DNA of 63,665 bases, filler included, from Octopus bimaculoides (taxonomy: Eukaryota): assembly GCF_001194135.2 (NCBI RefSeq). It is 6 parts of 5 records of this genome, joined end to end, with 100 filler letters (N's around TTAATTAATTAA, not from the genome) between each part and the next. Parts side by side here need not be neighbours in the genome. Positions count along the whole stretch, not along the records: positions 1 to 30,948 come from NC_068990.1; 5 more parts are not named here. One strand, written 5' to 3'. A program made the translations under genes and the position numbers. Positions 1 through 14,085 of this stretch are shown here, in pieces. Positions within the stretch are counted from its first letter, which is position 1; each line of letters starts with the position of its first letter. A model generated the notes under the pieces. That model was not told the origin of the DNA, searched no databases, and saw nothing but the letters and a program-made list of their open reading frames with translations.

Positions 1-49
1 TATATATATATATATATATATATTATACATACACACACATGCATACATC

Positions 50-230
50 CATATGGTTGTATGGTTAAGAAGTTTGCTTCCTTTGGACATAGTTTTTGGT
101 TCAGTCTCACCACACAGTGCCTTGGGCAAATGTTTTCTGTTATAGCCTCGGGTCACCCAGAGCATTGCGAATGAATTTGGTTGAGGGAAACTCCATCATG
201 TATATATGTGTGTGCAAAAATGCTCATACT
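50..230 (+). mobile_element. Degenerate tRNA-head SINE (family A, ...gggcaagtgtcttctactatagcc...)
   Basis: Head tggttaagaagtttgcttcc, then ggttcagtc and ttgggcaaatgttttctgttatagcctcggg. Same family as 32915-33080. Confidence 0.6.
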
Positions 231-1680
231 CTTGAAACATAACAGGCTTCCTACAGTTTCCATCTATGAATTTCTCTCAGAAGGCATTGGTTGTCCCAGT
301 GCCGAAGTAAAAGTCACACACACACACATATTATGTACAACAGAGTTTATTCAAATATTTACATAACTTGCTAACAGTAGTTAGTATTGTATAACACTCT
401 TGATTGAGTTTTAGTTTAGCTATGATCTATGCATGTGAATGCTGTTAGATATTGCATATCCTGGATTTTATTCCCTCTCTTTCTCTCTGCCTCCCTCCCC
501 CCTCTCTCTCTCTCTCTCTCCTATTATCATCACTGACAAACAAAAACAATTCTATATATATAAATAATAAGAAGAGAGGCATTGACAACACAAACAAACT
601 AGATTTTGAAGATTTTTTCTTTTTTTTATACACAATATGATTTGGCCTCCTTTTTTCTTTTCTTTTTTTTTTTTGTTTCTTATTTTCTTTTCCTGATTTT
701 CTTTTCCTGGTTTTCTTTTTTGTTGCTTTCGTTTAAAACGTTTGTTATCTCTTTTCTCCCTCTGGAGCTTGTCTGTTGCTTTTTCCAATACTTAAATCTT
801 TGTTTGGTTGGATAAATATCTTATTGACATTTATTGCTGTTTTACATATATATGTGAGTGTGTATATATAAACAAGGATTTTGATAACTTTTTAAACAAT
901 TAAAAAGGTGCTTTAGAGGGGTCCAGAGTATTAAGGCACATTAATACATGGTAAATTAGTGAATATGGATACAAATGCACTTCTTTTAAATTTTTTGTTC
1001 TGCCCTTCCCTTCTCTCAATTTTACTCTCTTTCTACCTCTCTCTCTCCCTCACACCTTCTTTTTTCTCTCTCACTTTCTTCCCTTACTCTCCTTCTCTCT
1101 CTCTTTCTTTTTATCTCTTTCTCTTGGTCTTTCTCCACTGTTAGCTGATTTGATGGTTCAAACAGGGTAACAGGCAAGAAATGAATTTGGAAGTAAACCG
1201 CAAGCTGTGATGGTGCAGGTAGGAGAGAAAAAAGAGGAAGGGGAGATGAGGAGGAGGAGAAGAGAGAAACATACACACAACTAGAGAATGATTCATTGAG
1301 TTTCCTGCTTATTTCACACATAGAGAGAACCTAATGTGATTTTATTAAGAATGCATTGTTTTTTTATTGTTTGTGTTTTTTGTGGGAGTTATTTTTTTTT
1401 CCTATCGGCCATGATGAATAGTTATATTGTGAGGTATCTATCTAAACATGAAAGCCATCCTGAATAATTTAAGTAAGTCCTTTTGAACGATACACAATGT
1501 TCAAAAATAATTGTTTGATGTTAAGTTATATTTTGAAAACTGAGTGACATCCAGCCTTATTCATCTATTCCCAAAGATATCATTATTCTTCAAAGATGGT
1601 TTCTACTCAATTTCAGTTTAAAACTAAAAAGAGAATATTTTAGTATGCTTCAAAGTCTGTCAATAGTCTTTGTTCCAAAC

Positions 1681-1722
<42 letters not shown>

Positions 1723-1771
1723 TACACACACATAAATATGTGTGTGTGTGTGTGTGTGTGTGTATGCGTAT

Positions 1772-1802
<31 letters not shown>

Positions 1803-2316
1803 CATTTATTTATTTATTTATTTATTTATGTATGTATGTATATCTTTTACCTTCAGAACACAGACTTCGATATAAAAATAATAAAAGCTATTAAATCCGG
1901 TGCCATAATATATTCAGAAAGAGAAATTTACCTTGTTTTTTCTTCATTATTTTTTTTTTTCCTATTGTTGTTATTATTTATTAAAGAATTTTGCCATATT
2001 TATTTTATTTCAAAGTCAATAAGTTCTGAAATTCTTGGATGTAAATATTATGAGAGGATGTATATTTAAACCATAAATTTTTGTTAAGTATTAATATTTA
2101 GAAAAGAGATGATGGATTAGCAGAATCATTAGAACATTGAACAAAATGATTCAAAGTATTTAGTTATAGTCCTTCATATTCTGTGTTCAAATCCAGCTGA
2201 GGGTAACTGCATGCTTTATCCTTCTTAGGGTTGACATATATGCTTCTCCCACATTCAAGACCATCTAAAAATATTAGAAATCAGGATTAATATGTAAAAC
2301 AATAGTTTGGCATAGT

Positions 2317-2650
2317 GAAGGTGCATGGCTCAGTGGTTAGAGCGTTGAGCTTACGATCGTGAGGTTGTGAGTTCAAATCCCAGACCGGGCTGCATGTTGT
2401 GTTCTTGAGCAAGACACTTTATTTCATGTTGCTCCAGTTCACTCAGCTGTAGAAATGAGTTGCGACATCACAGGTGCCAAGCTGTATCGGTCTTTGCCTT
2501 TCCCTTGGATAACATCTGTGGAATGGAGAGTGGAGGCTGGTATGCATGGGCGACTGCTGGTCTTCTATAAACAACCTTGCCTGGACATGTGCCTGGGAGG
2601 GTAACTTTCTAGGTGAAATCCCATGGTCAGTCATGACTGAAGGGGGTCTG
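2317..2650 (+). mobile_element. tRNA-derived SINE (family C-type head)
   Basis: A-box-like tggctcagtggttag, B-box-like gttcaaatccc, then gttgtgttcttgagcaagacactttatttc, which is shared with 33625-33905. Confidence 0.8.
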
Positions 2651-2699
2651 AGCAGTTTGGCATAATCAAAGCGTTGGACAAAATCATTCGCAATATTTA

Positions 2700-3530
2700 T
2701 TAACACTTTCAGGCATTGAGTTGGCTGATTCATTAAGCAACTCAAGCAAAATTCTTAGTGACATATTTTTTGTCTCTGAATTCAAATTCCACCAAGGCCA
2801 ACTTTGCCTTTCATCTTTCCGGGGTTGATAAGATAAGTATGAGTTAGGCACTGGGGTCAATTTACTCAACTTACACACTACGTCTGAACTTGCTAGCCTT
2901 GTGCCAAAATCTGAAATCAATGTCTAATGACTTTTTAAGAGGGTGAGCTGGTTGAATTGTTAGCATGCTGGTCAAGAGGTATAGCAGCATTTTGTCCATC
3001 TTTATGTTCTGAGTTCAAATTCTGCTTAGGTTGACTTTGCCCTTCATCCTTTTGGGATTGATAAAATGATCATCAGTTGAACACTAGTATTGATGCAATC
3101 AAATTACCACCCCCACTGAAATTGCTGCCCTTCTGCCAATATTTGAAACTAATATTTAATGGATCTTTAAAGCGGCGAAATGGCAGAAGCATTAATACAC
3201 CAGGTAAAATGCTTAGTGGCATTTTGCTTATCTTTATAATCTGAGTTCAAATTCTGCTGAGGTTGACCTTATCTCTTATCCTTTCAGGGTCGATAAAATA
3301 GCCACCAGTTGAACACTGGTGGGTGATACAATTGACTAGCCCCTTTTCCTAAAATTTCAGACTTAGTGCCTATAGTAGAAAGGAATATATAATGATTCTT
3401 CAAGACAGCAAATTGGCAGAATTGTTAGCATGTTGGGTAAAATGTGGTGTAGCATTTCCTCTGTCTTTATATTCTGGGTTCAAATTCTGCTTAGATCAAC
3501 TTTGCCTGTCATCCTTTCATGGTCAATAGA
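2700..3530 (+). repeat. Tandem array of about 4 copies (~235 bp period) of a SINE with central domain ttctgagttcaaattc...gactttgcctttcatcctttcggggtcgataaa
   Basis: The motif recurs near 2775, 3005, 3240 and 3470. Younger copies lie at 51716-52100. Confidence 0.8.
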
Positions 3531-3678
3531 ATGTAAATATGGTAAGGGTGTGCATGTGTGATTAGCTGTGTGTGTATGTATGTGTCTGTGTGTTATTGTA
3601 TATATGTGAGTGTATTCTTGCATCCGTATATGTGTGTCTGTATGTATGTGCTTGTGTGTATGTGTGCCTGTACATGTC

Positions 3679-3711
<33 letters not shown>

Positions 3712-4735
3712 ATGGTATGTGTATGCTTCGTGCATGTATGTGTATATGCCATGTGCATGTATATATGTGTGTACATGGGTGTATGTGGTGTGTGGANNNN
3801 NNNNNNNNNNNNNNNNNNNNNNNNNNNNNNNNNNNNNNNNNNNNNNNNNNNNNNNNNNNNNNNNNNNNNNNNNNNNNNNNNNNNNNNNNNNNNNNNNNNN
3901 NNNNNNNNNNNNNNNNNNNNNNNNNNNNNNNNNNNNNNNNNNNNNNNNNNNNNNNNNNNNNNNNNNNNNNNNNNNNNNNNNNNNNNNNNNNNNNGTTGTA
4001 TGTTCTTATTTCCTTGTACATGTATGTTTACGCATGCATGTGTATATGTATGTCTTTCCATGCAACCTACCTACCTACCTACCTATCTACCTACCTACCT
4101 ACCTCTATACCTATCTACCTAATTAACTAATTATCAATATAACTAACCTAACTACCTAATCACCTTCATACTTATCTACGTCCTCACCAACCAGTTTACC
4201 TACCTGACTGCCTGCATTGTTTTAAAGGATTTTTGTATTATTGCACATATGTAAGTAATGTATTTATAATTAAATATAATAAAACAAATTATTTTTACAT
4301 TCTTTAAGTTACGAAACAATTTGTTGTGATATTTGAATTTTCTTATTGTTAAATAAATTTCATTGTACTACTTCTCTTGTCATATATAACTTTAAATATA
4401 TTGTAATCCCTCAACTATCATGGATATTATGTTCTGGAACCTCCCCTTGTCTTGACATTGTATGTCATGCACACTTATATAAATGAGTATCACAGAATCG
4501 TTTGCTTCCAATATTCTGCAAAAATATGTCCCAGTGATAAAGAAACATTACCTTTGTTAAAAGCAGGTGAGGGTTGGTGACAGAAAGAGCATCTGGCCAT
4601 AGGAAATCTACCTGAGTAAACCAGTAAACTCTATTTGACCTAGCAATTCATATGAAATTGTACATTAAACAACGATGTTGATATATACATATATATGCAC
4701 ATGTGCATATATCTATATGTGTTTGTGTGTATGTA

Positions 4736-4768
<33 letters not shown>

Positions 4769-4829
4769 TTGTATATATGTGTTTGTATGTATGTATATAT
4801 GTGTTTGTGTGTGTATGTATATATGTGTT

Positions 4830-4870
<41 letters not shown>

Positions 4871-5094
4871 TTACAACAATAGTGGGATTTGTAGAGGGAT
4901 TTGCATGCTTTTGGAGATATTATGGAAAAATAAAAAACAATAGTGAAACTGTTTGAGTGGAAGAAATCTGGCACAGCTTTAACTTTTTCCTGTTTCCTGT
5001 TTTTTCACTCTTTTATATTGTTAGACTGATAATTAAATTAAAATATTTTATTGTATTGATTCAATTTTTTTTGTGATAAATTTTTGGACTTGAG

Positions 5095-5162
<68 letters not shown>

Positions 5163-6264
5163 TTTGTTTACTTGAATAGCATTGTTTACCGTGCTAATGA
5201 ATAACCTGATCACCACAAATTCTCATTTTAAGGAATACCATATAACTTTAATCCTTCAGGCCTAATTCTAAAAATAATTATATTATCATCTTTGAATTCC
5301 TAATGATTCTGTCTTTGCTAAGAGCACAGACATTCGTTCATTCTTTGATGACTTTCAATCAGCCCTGTTTCCACCAACCCCATCCCCAGAATTAAAAAAA
5401 AAAATGAAAGGAAAAAAATTTAAATTAAAATGATTTTCTTTATAAAAAATTTGAAACCAAAGTAAAACAATGCATGTGTGTATGTCTGTGTGTGTGTATG
5501 TTTGTGCATGCAGGTGCCAGCCCATGCGTACATACATGTGTTTGGTCTGAGCATGTAAAAATGTTATTTTGATACATAATATAAAGAGGGCTCATGCAGT
5601 AATGTAGAACTTATTACAGGTAAATATATGGATAAATTCAATCGATAGTTCCTTGAATCTTCAGGATTTATACTTTATCCAGCATGGTAGTGTATAATAA
5701 ATTTCATAAGATATTCAAAGTAGCTTAAAGACAGTCTTTGCCTGGGTTAATCAACTATGATGAATTTCCAACATCATTTAAACTCCTCTAACAACAACAA
5801 CAACAATAGTGTCCTACTTATTTTGAAAATTCACTTCTTTACTCTGTCATATTTTGTCTTGCTGATAATTGTTAGCTTTAGCATGAAACTGGAAGGTGCA
5901 AGAATATATATATATTCAATGGAGAAAAGCTTTTATATGTGTAATTGATGAATGAGTTTAATACAAAAACGTTGACCAATCAATTTCTGTTTACAGACAA
6001 TGTCCTGAGCAAATTGCTACTTTAAGAACCAACTATTTTTATAACAATGGCCTGACTAGATATAATTCATGACACAGCTCCATATACTGTACTCTTTTGA
6101 AAATCTAATGTGAAACCAAACAAGTTTATTCCTGTATTTTAAAATATTAAATTCTAATTAATTTTAGTATATTCTTTGTGCATTTTTAATTTAATTTCTT
6201 CTATTCCTCCAGTTATATATGTATATATATATATAATATAAATAATAAACGACGATGATGATGA

Positions 6265-6347
<83 letters not shown>

Positions 6348-6589
6348 CATATGTGGGCATCAAGGGGACATGTACAACAAAAAATACGAAGATCATTACT
6401 CATTCCTTCCATGTGATACATTTTATAAACCTTAGGAAAAACTCAATAACTTCTTAAATTCATATCCCTTCATAAGGACCTGTTGACTTTTTGTAAAATT
6501 AAGTGAGGATTGTAAAATGTGTTTGATAAGTAACTTTAACTTAGGACTTAAAAGAAACAAGAAATAAAAATTTTAACAATAAGAGAATA

Positions 6590-6800
6590 TTCTTTTCTAC
6601 TCGAGGTGCAAGGCCCGAAATTTTTGGGGTGGGGGCCAGTCGATTAGATCAACCCCAGTACATAAGTGGTACTTAGCTTATCGATCCTGAAATGATGAAA
6701 GGCAAAGCTGACCTTGGTGGAATTTGAACTCAGAACATAAAGACAAACGAAATACCTCTTTACATTTTGCCTGGCGTGCTAACATTTCTGCCATCTCATT
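6590..6800 (-). mobile_element. SINE copy, same family as the 2700-3530 array, reverse orientation
   Basis: gaaaggcaaagctgaccttggtggaatttgaactcagaac is the reverse complement of the central domain. Further minus copies at about 10340-10640 and 18700-18880. Confidence 0.75.
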
Positions 6801-7076
6801 GCTTTACATAAAGAGAATATTGAAAAAGGAAAATACATATTTAGAATTTTGCATCCACTGACTCTCCTTTCAAGTTTGCATGTTTCATTTAGTGTTACTG
6901 TGCTCAGTTTTGTAATATAAAATTATCATTGTGCTTAAATATTACTGAATACCTTTGACTTGATATTTAGATACAATTCTGGTTTCAGTGAGTTTTTAGG
7001 TTCAGTTTTTTCTCCAGAGGCAGAAGCTACATTTTTTGCTGCCATTTATATAAGGCTTTTAATGATCCTTTCGTTG

Positions 7077-7420
7077 TTATTTTAGTTTGCACCCTTTTTG
7101 ATTTAGAGGCCAGATGTTAGTGAAAAACCTTAATGAACTTTGTATACTAGTATATTTGAATGAAGAGCTATGCTTGTAAGATGCTTCCTTGAATGTCTTT
7201 TCTGTCATATCAATAAAGAGGTTCAGGGTGGCACCAAATTTCAGATCATGTTGATTTAACCTCCACTTCATATTTAATGCACGCTGAATGCAGAATTCAT
7301 TTGGCAGGCATGTACATTTTCTACAGGAAGACACCCCAGGACCTATTAAAATATATTTGGAACTTAAAAGATGATAATGTTCACAATTATTATCAATCGT
7401 TTGAATAATTAAGAACATGA
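7077..7420 (-). mobile_element. Penelope-like element, GIY-YIG endonuclease remnant
   Basis: FIDMTEKTFKEASYKHSSSFKY...RFFTNIWPLNQKG matches the PLE pattern YIGxTExTFKxRxxxHxSSF...LSxxIWxLK. Confidence 0.7.
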
Positions 7421-7761
7421 GTAATTATGGAAGGAGCCTCAGTTTCTAATAAAAATAAGTTTATATACAATAAAGGTGTCTGGGTATATATATTTTATGG
7501 GAGAATGTCTATATTTGGAATTTATAATATCATTTTAGGGGTATATGATAAATTAAATAGAATGATGGAAACAATTGGTGAAGTTTCCATAGATTATCAT
7601 GTTATGGTAGAAGAAGGCATGTTTTAAGGCAAGTAAAATTGAATACTTTAAAAGAAGATATGTGGAATGGAAGATTAAGTAATATAACAAGCACTGGAAA
7701 TAAAAATGAAGAGGTAATAGAAAATAGTAAATCAGCTGCATAGGAATACAATGGGTTACAT

Positions 7762-9320
7762 TACTAGATGCATTTTAGAAGTTTTGAGACTTTTCCAGGA
7801 GACATATTTATTAATTTCAAAGAAGTACAAAACTTTAATTTCCTTCAAAGTAGGATCCCTGACTTCAATGCACTTGTTGTAGTGCACCAACCAGATCGTG
7901 AGGGCTTGACAGAAGTCCTCCAAATTAAAGGTGTCTAGGACTATTATTACAGCATCCAACTTTTTAATAACTTGAGAATGATTGTGTCTGAGGATCTCCT
8001 TTAGCTTGGAGAATAACCAAAAGTCACAGAGAACAAGATCTGAACTGTAGAGAGGGTAAGGAACAGTCATGATACCCAACTTTATCAAGTGGTTCATTAC
8101 CAGGATGGAATTGTAAACTGGTGCATTGTCTTAGTGCAGGTGCCACTCTCCTGAATAGAAGAACTCTGGTATTTTGCAACAAAATCTTTTCCTAGCTTCG
8201 CCAGAACCTCCACAAAGTACTCTTTATTGACTGTCTGGGAACCTGATGGGTGTAGATGATGCCCTTGCTGTTGTTGAAAAAGGGGATTATCGTGTGCTCC
8301 CTGTTGAACCTTGGCCCCCAAAAAGTTTGGAACATTTACTTTTAAATGAAAATTGTTACGTCCAAGTATAATCCAATTCAAATAGATACAACATAGAAAA
8401 AATCTTGCCTAATAACTGATCCAATGGTTCAATATCTTGAAGAAAAAATAGGCAAAGTGAAAAATATAGTTCTAGACCAAATTGCTTACTTTTAATAAAT
8501 AGAAGCTAATACATTATGTATATGAAAACGAGTTCTAAACTTTTGGCCACAACTGTATTTTGCCTGGCCTTCTTGATTCTGGAGAAGGTAGGATATTTCC
8601 ATTGAGCATTCTGTCTCTTAGTCATAACAGTAGAGCTACCTTTTGTCATAGGTCACCAGATTGGTGGTGATGAGCTCAGCCATCTCCCTACTGTCACTAG
8701 TGCATTTTTGTCTTCTGTTTGTCACTGAGCACATTGAGAACAAACTTTTCACAAATTTGAGGCATACTCAGATCTTCGTGAATAATTCTATATACAATTC
8801 CCACACCAACTCCAAACTCATTTTCTTTAGAGACACATGACAGTCTTCATCTAGAAAACTGAATTTTCTCACCCAGTTCTGATGTTCTGACTCCCTTTCC
8901 CTTAAACATTTCTCATCGGCTCTCATATCCTCTCTACTGCTTTTGAACCTCTTGTGCCAGTGAGAAACAGATCTTTGGCTCCTACTAGTTAATCCATAAG
9001 CAGTCTGGAGCATTTCATACGTTTCTGTAGCATTTTCATCCAGTTCAACACAAAACTTTATTACATAGAGAGCTTTCAGATTGTCTTCACGATCTGACTG
9101 TATTCTGCAAACTAGTCAGCTGTGACATGCAGTGTTTAGCAGAATGTATTCAAAATGGTGTTACAGCCATCTCCTTCAATCTGGAAAAACAAAAATTGGC
9201 AGGTCAGCTTATTGAATGTATTGTAATGATATACTAAAAATTATTAAAATTGCAATGATCTAAGACAGTTATAACTGCCTCTCCTAAGAAAGTCACAGAC
9301 CTTCTGGAATGTACCTTGTA
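7762..9320 (-). mobile_element. Decayed mariner transposon with both TIRs
   Basis: Fragments WHKRFKSSRED (8768-9013), QTVNKEYFVEVL (8097-8381) and PYPLYSSDLVLCDFWLFSKLKE (7756-8097; YSPDLAPCD motif). Imperfect ~31 bp TIRs ending in TA at 7762-7792 and 9290-9320. Confidence 0.9.
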
Positions 9321-9429
9321 TATAACAAAACTGTTGACAATAGCAAGAAATCATAGGAATGAGATTCAATATTGTTACGGTTTATACATCAGATAATAAC
9401 AGTTTCAATGTGTGTGTGTATAATTAATT

Positions 9430-10060
9430 AAAGTATAGTAGAGACAATCATGTAAGAGTGCAAGATACAAATTATTTTGTAAAAGACAGTTGATGTAATG
9501 GAACATAGTGTACAAAACAAATACAGTTGTTAGTGATTTGTTTGAATTATAGTAACAAGGTGTGTTATCAAAATATTGATTTACTGTTAGAAAGAGATAT
9601 GTGATTCTAATCATAAGGGTGTTGTTTTAATATCTGTGATCTTCTGCAGGGAAGAGCAAGCTCTATAAACATGATGGGTGTGGTTTAGATTACAATCATA
9701 TGGTTTTGGTATATCAGTTCAGTAGAGTATGTAGGGAAGAAGAAATTAGGTGAATGCTAGATTTGTGATAGGTAGAGGAGTAATTTTTTCAGAAAGAGAA
9801 ATGAATATAATGTACTTGTAAGATGAATACTGTCATTATACAATATAATCAAGTGTAATATCGAATATTGTTGTGTTTTAAGTTAAATTTGAAATACAGA
9901 AGAAGAAACTGAGTTTTTATAAAAGTTAGTGTAAGTAAAAAGTAAAATTAATATATTAAAAGCTTACTATGGAAAATAGTACAGAAAAATTTGTATGATT
10001 AAAAAAAAAACTGAATAATTAAAAAGGAAAGGAAGGAAATTAATGAGAAAAGGCAAAAAA
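9430..10060 (-). mobile_element. Old repeat, probably a PLE 3' region; inverted homologue of 12480-13120
   Basis: The reverse complement of 9530-9600 (ctctttctaacagtaaatcaatattttgataacacaccttgttactataattcaaacaaatcac) is nearly identical to 12979-13040. Confidence 0.6.
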
Positions 10061-10779
10061 TAATGATGCAAATTCAAAACGTACAACAGATTGGGAATAT
10101 GTAGATCTGATGAATATATGAAAAAAAAACCCCTCAAATCTTTATTAAAAAATGTATGAAGCTAAAAAATGCATATTTGCTAATGGCTGTCTCTTGCAAA
10201 CAAGAAAAGCTTCCTATCAGAATGTACCATGCTTTAGGCAATGGTTTTCAGTGCCCATATAGTTGCTAATAGAGAGGGCCACCCTTTTGCTTCTATCATG
10301 AAAGTTAGAGGGAGAGAGGACTGTACTTGTACTTGATTGGTACTGTAGATATTGGTTTCAAATTTTGGCACAAGGTCAGCAATTTCAGGGGAAGAGAGGT
10401 AAGTCGATTACATCTACACCAGTGCTCAATTAGTACTTATTTTGTCGATCTCAAAAAGGATGAAAAGCAATGTCAACCTCAATAGAATTTGAACCCAGAA
10501 TGTAAAGATGGATGAAATGCCACTGAGCATTTTGTTCAGTGTGCTTGTGATTCTGCTAGCTCGTCACCTTACCAATAATGTATATATTGACTGCAAAAGA
10601 GTGAAAGGCAAAGTTGACCACAGATTTAAACTCAGGGTGCAAAATACAAGAAGAATATTGCAACTCACATACACTTCGTCAAAGATGAATTACAGTTAGC
10701 ATTCAGTTCTAAGGATATAAACTGGAATGGTATTATTTGTATTTTAATTGCAGACTGTATGGATATACAGATGGTATTC

Positions 10780-11200
10780 AAATTCAGAGATGATTCAGTC
10801 TCAGATTATTTTTATGCCCTCAAAAAAGGTTATTAGTGTTTACATTTACCTGGCATTTACTGTCTAATGGACAGTGTTGTTAGAATAAATGAAATTGCAG
10901 CTGCTGGTAATGAAATTATGTAGAAGTTGATTCGTATTAACTGGAATTGGCAAAGTTTTGTGGAAAATTTGGCATTCTTAAGTATTGAATTTTAATGTTT
11001 TATTTTTGTTAAATGTTGTGCCGTGTTTTTTGTTGCCTGAGGAAATGATTCTTTAATAGGTTGAAGAATATCTTCATGACTAGTGTTGCTACAACTGATA
11101 TGAATGAAAGATTGAACTTAATTGTAACATCACTGTAAATTAACAAATCTTTAAGGATTCTTTGAGATTTTATAATTATGATGCCATCTGTAGAAGATTC
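10780..11200 (-). mobile_element. Penelope-like element remnant (RT thumb / GIY-YIG junction)
   Basis: FNLSFISVVATLVMKIFFNLLKNHF...NIKIQYLRMPNF and CPLDSKCQ match PLE WFNPPY..V.T...KxFFxLLxKHF...NxKISYSxMPN and CPLxGxC. Confidence 0.7.
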
Positions 11201-12479
11201 CAGGAGAAAATTAAGTGTACACAAGATATCAATAAGTTTAGAAGTGCTAACAAAAAAAGAAAAACTAGTTGTGAAAATGTTCATTATCCTATTAAGAAAA
11301 TATTCCCTCTTAAGACAAATACTATAAAATATTTAAATTAAAATTTTAAATTCAACAACAAATTTTACAGAAAGCCTTACTAATTCCAACCAGTCTGAAC
11401 CATATACATTTAATTCAGTACCAGCAGTGCATTTACATGCATTTTAGTAATTGTCTTTCAAAGGTAGAATGAAAATTTAAAGATACTCTACACCAGGTAA
11501 TAGCAGGAATTTATTTTTCCAAAGTATTTATAAGTCTCACTCAAATATTTTCAGAATTAGACACTCGTAGTCTTTTCTTATGTTCTACAATGAAAAGAGA
11601 ATGACAATCCATTTTACAAATTCATATAAAAATCAAAAGTAAAAATATTTTTCACAACTTAAAATGAAAGATGGAGGATCTTTTTGTTTACTATTGCCTA
11701 ATTTTGTACAAGCCAAAAAGAGTAAAAAGGAAAAGGAAGGAAAAATGTCAAAATCAAAAACGAAAGAACTTGACACCTTTACACAAATGAAAGTTTTGAA
11801 ATCATTTTTGTGAAGCCAAAATGCTTTAACAAACTTTTTGAATGCATATCTTCTTGCTTGCCAACATAGAACATTCAAAACATTTCAACATTTTTAAAGC
11901 ATTGATATATCATAAACATACACACAACACTTTCATGTATACCCTGAATAATTGCAACAGTCTTTTAAACTGTGAAAACCATTTTGCATTAAATACTAAT
12001 ACATGCATATTCAAGTAAATTTCCATTGTCATACACTCACAGACTCATATATGTGTTTGATTATTTATTCATATATTCATTCATGACAGCATTTTTGACA
12101 AAGCCCTTACATTTGTATATCTTTATATTTGAGTAGCATAACTACCATTTAGCATTCATTCTTTCTTTAAGTTAAGGTATTTTTGATTTTAAATAGAGTT
12201 GTCTTTTGTTTTTATATATTCTTCTGGCGCAGGTATCTCTACTTTGATATCATTTTCTGGGACCATGAGGCAAACTGACAAATTTCTTTAGATATTACTT
12301 GTTACTTATTGTTTTATTCACTAACACATTTAGAAAATTTCAAACTGTTACTCAGTTAAATTACTTGTTAAAGAAAAGAAAAGAAAAGAAAAAAAAAGAA
12401 AGACAGAAAGAAGGAACAAAGTATTTTCTTGTTTGTTATTCATACTCCAGACATTTCTTTTCAACTTTGATCCATTCTT

Positions 12480-13120
12480 TTCCCTCTTTCTCATTAATAC
12501 ACCCTTCTTTTGCAAATTATATATATTTTACTAGCTATGCAATTTTTTCTATGAAATTTTGCATAATATTGTATGTTAATCATAACTCACTGTTTAGAAA
12601 TAAACAATGTCGTACTAATTATCAACATCTTACTAAATGTCTAATTTTAACGTCTGCATACACTAACACTCATCAAAAGCCAATTCTCTTTCACATCATG
12701 TATTTATCATAAACTCAAAGAATACTCGATATTACATTTGACAGTACGCATCTATAAATACATTATGCTCAATACTCCTGAAAAAAAAAAAAACTCTTCT
12801 CTTCCCGTTATAAATCCAACATTCAACTAATTCTTATATCACTACATATACCACATAATCCACTCATATAACAAAAGCCACACAATAATAACCTAAACCA
12901 CACCCATTATGTGTATAGAGCTCTCTTTCCTCCATAACAGAGATACTAAAACCAAGCCTTTATAATTACAATTACACATCTCTATCTAACAGTAAATCAA
13001 TATTTTGATAACATACCTTGTTACTATAATTCAAACAAATCACCATCAACCGTATTTGTATATTATTTTTCATAATATTAACTCTCTTCCACAACATAAA
13101 TTTTTTTCTTGTCCTCATAT
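12480..13120 (+). mobile_element. Old repeat, probably a PLE 3' region; homologue of 9430-10060
   Basis: Direct alignment by eye over several hundred bp. C/A-rich sense strand like the PLE at 54.7-57.2 kb. Confidence 0.6.
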
Positions 13121-13422
13121 ATTAATTTTCCTAATATACACAGATCTATTACAGGCACACAATAATCTCATCATCTTAGACACCCCAATAATTATTACCT
13201 TACAACACCATAACAATACGGAATTCTCTACCTCATGAATTCCTACTATATTTAACTATTCTTGCATTATTTAAATTATTGTTAAGTCACTGAATATGGT
13301 TTTCTATTATCTATTTCTCCTTTCTAGCTTTTATTAACATTTCTAATTATATATCTTAATTTCGGTCTTCATAGCTCGCCTTTTAATATAGTAATTTAAT
13401 TTGACTTACTATAACAAATAAT

Positions 13423-14085
13423 GGTGAAGGCATGTGGCTTAGTGGTTAAGGGTATTTGGCTCACAATTGTGAAGTCATGAGTTCAATTCCCCGTGGCACA
13501 TTGCATTCTTGAGCGAGACACATTTTTCACTTTTTTTCACAGCGTTGAGCCTCATGGGGGCAATGACCAAAACCTTACTCATTATGTCATGCTGGAGGTC
13601 CCCATCGAGCTGAGCAAAAACTCAGTCATGGCAGATACCAGTGTCACGCAAATGGCACCTGTGCTGGTGGCATGTGTAAACGCACCCATTGCACTCTCGG
13701 AGCGGTTGGTGTTAGAAAGGGCATCCGGCTGTAGAAAACCATGTCAAATCAGACTGGAGCCTGGTGCAGCCTTCCAGTGTGCCAGCCCAGTCAAACCGTC
13801 CAACCCATGCCAGCATGGACAACGAACGTTAAATGATGATGATGATGATGATGCTCCATTTCACTCAACTGGCAAAAATGAGTTATACCTGTATTTTAAA
13901 GGGCCAGCCTTGTCATAGTCTGTGTCACACTAAGATGTGTGTCACACTGAATTGTGTCACACTGTGTCACACTGAGATGTGTACACGTGTCTGTGGAATG
14001 CTCAGCCACTTGCAAGTTAATTTCATAAGCAGGCTGTTCCACTGATCGGATCAACTGGAAGCCTCATAATCATAATTAACGGAGT
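13423..14085 (+). mobile_element. Family C SINE interrupted by a nested RTE 3'-end copy (about 13535-13853, (GAT)n tail)
   Basis: SINE head at 13423-13530 and body resuming at 13854 (ccatttcactcaactggcaaaaatgag). In between lies gggcatccggctgtagaaaacc...aacccatgccagcatgga...gatgatgat. Confidence 0.75.

Noticed and set aside
552-815. Lys-rich and Phe-rich ORFs
   Set aside because: They come from a low-complexity T-rich tract with no splice signals.
1409-1465. C/D-box snoRNA-like ATGATGA...CTGA
   Set aside because: It spans only about 55 nt, has no terminal stem and has no recognisable rRNA guide.
2317-2400. tRNA-like A/B boxes here and at other SINE heads
   Set aside because: There is no complete cloverleaf, and each continues into a SINE body.
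11009-11284. ORF with a cag|gtaaat donor nearby, first read as a host exon
   Set aside because: The translation matches Penelope thumb and GIY-YIG motifs, and all frames close before the donor.
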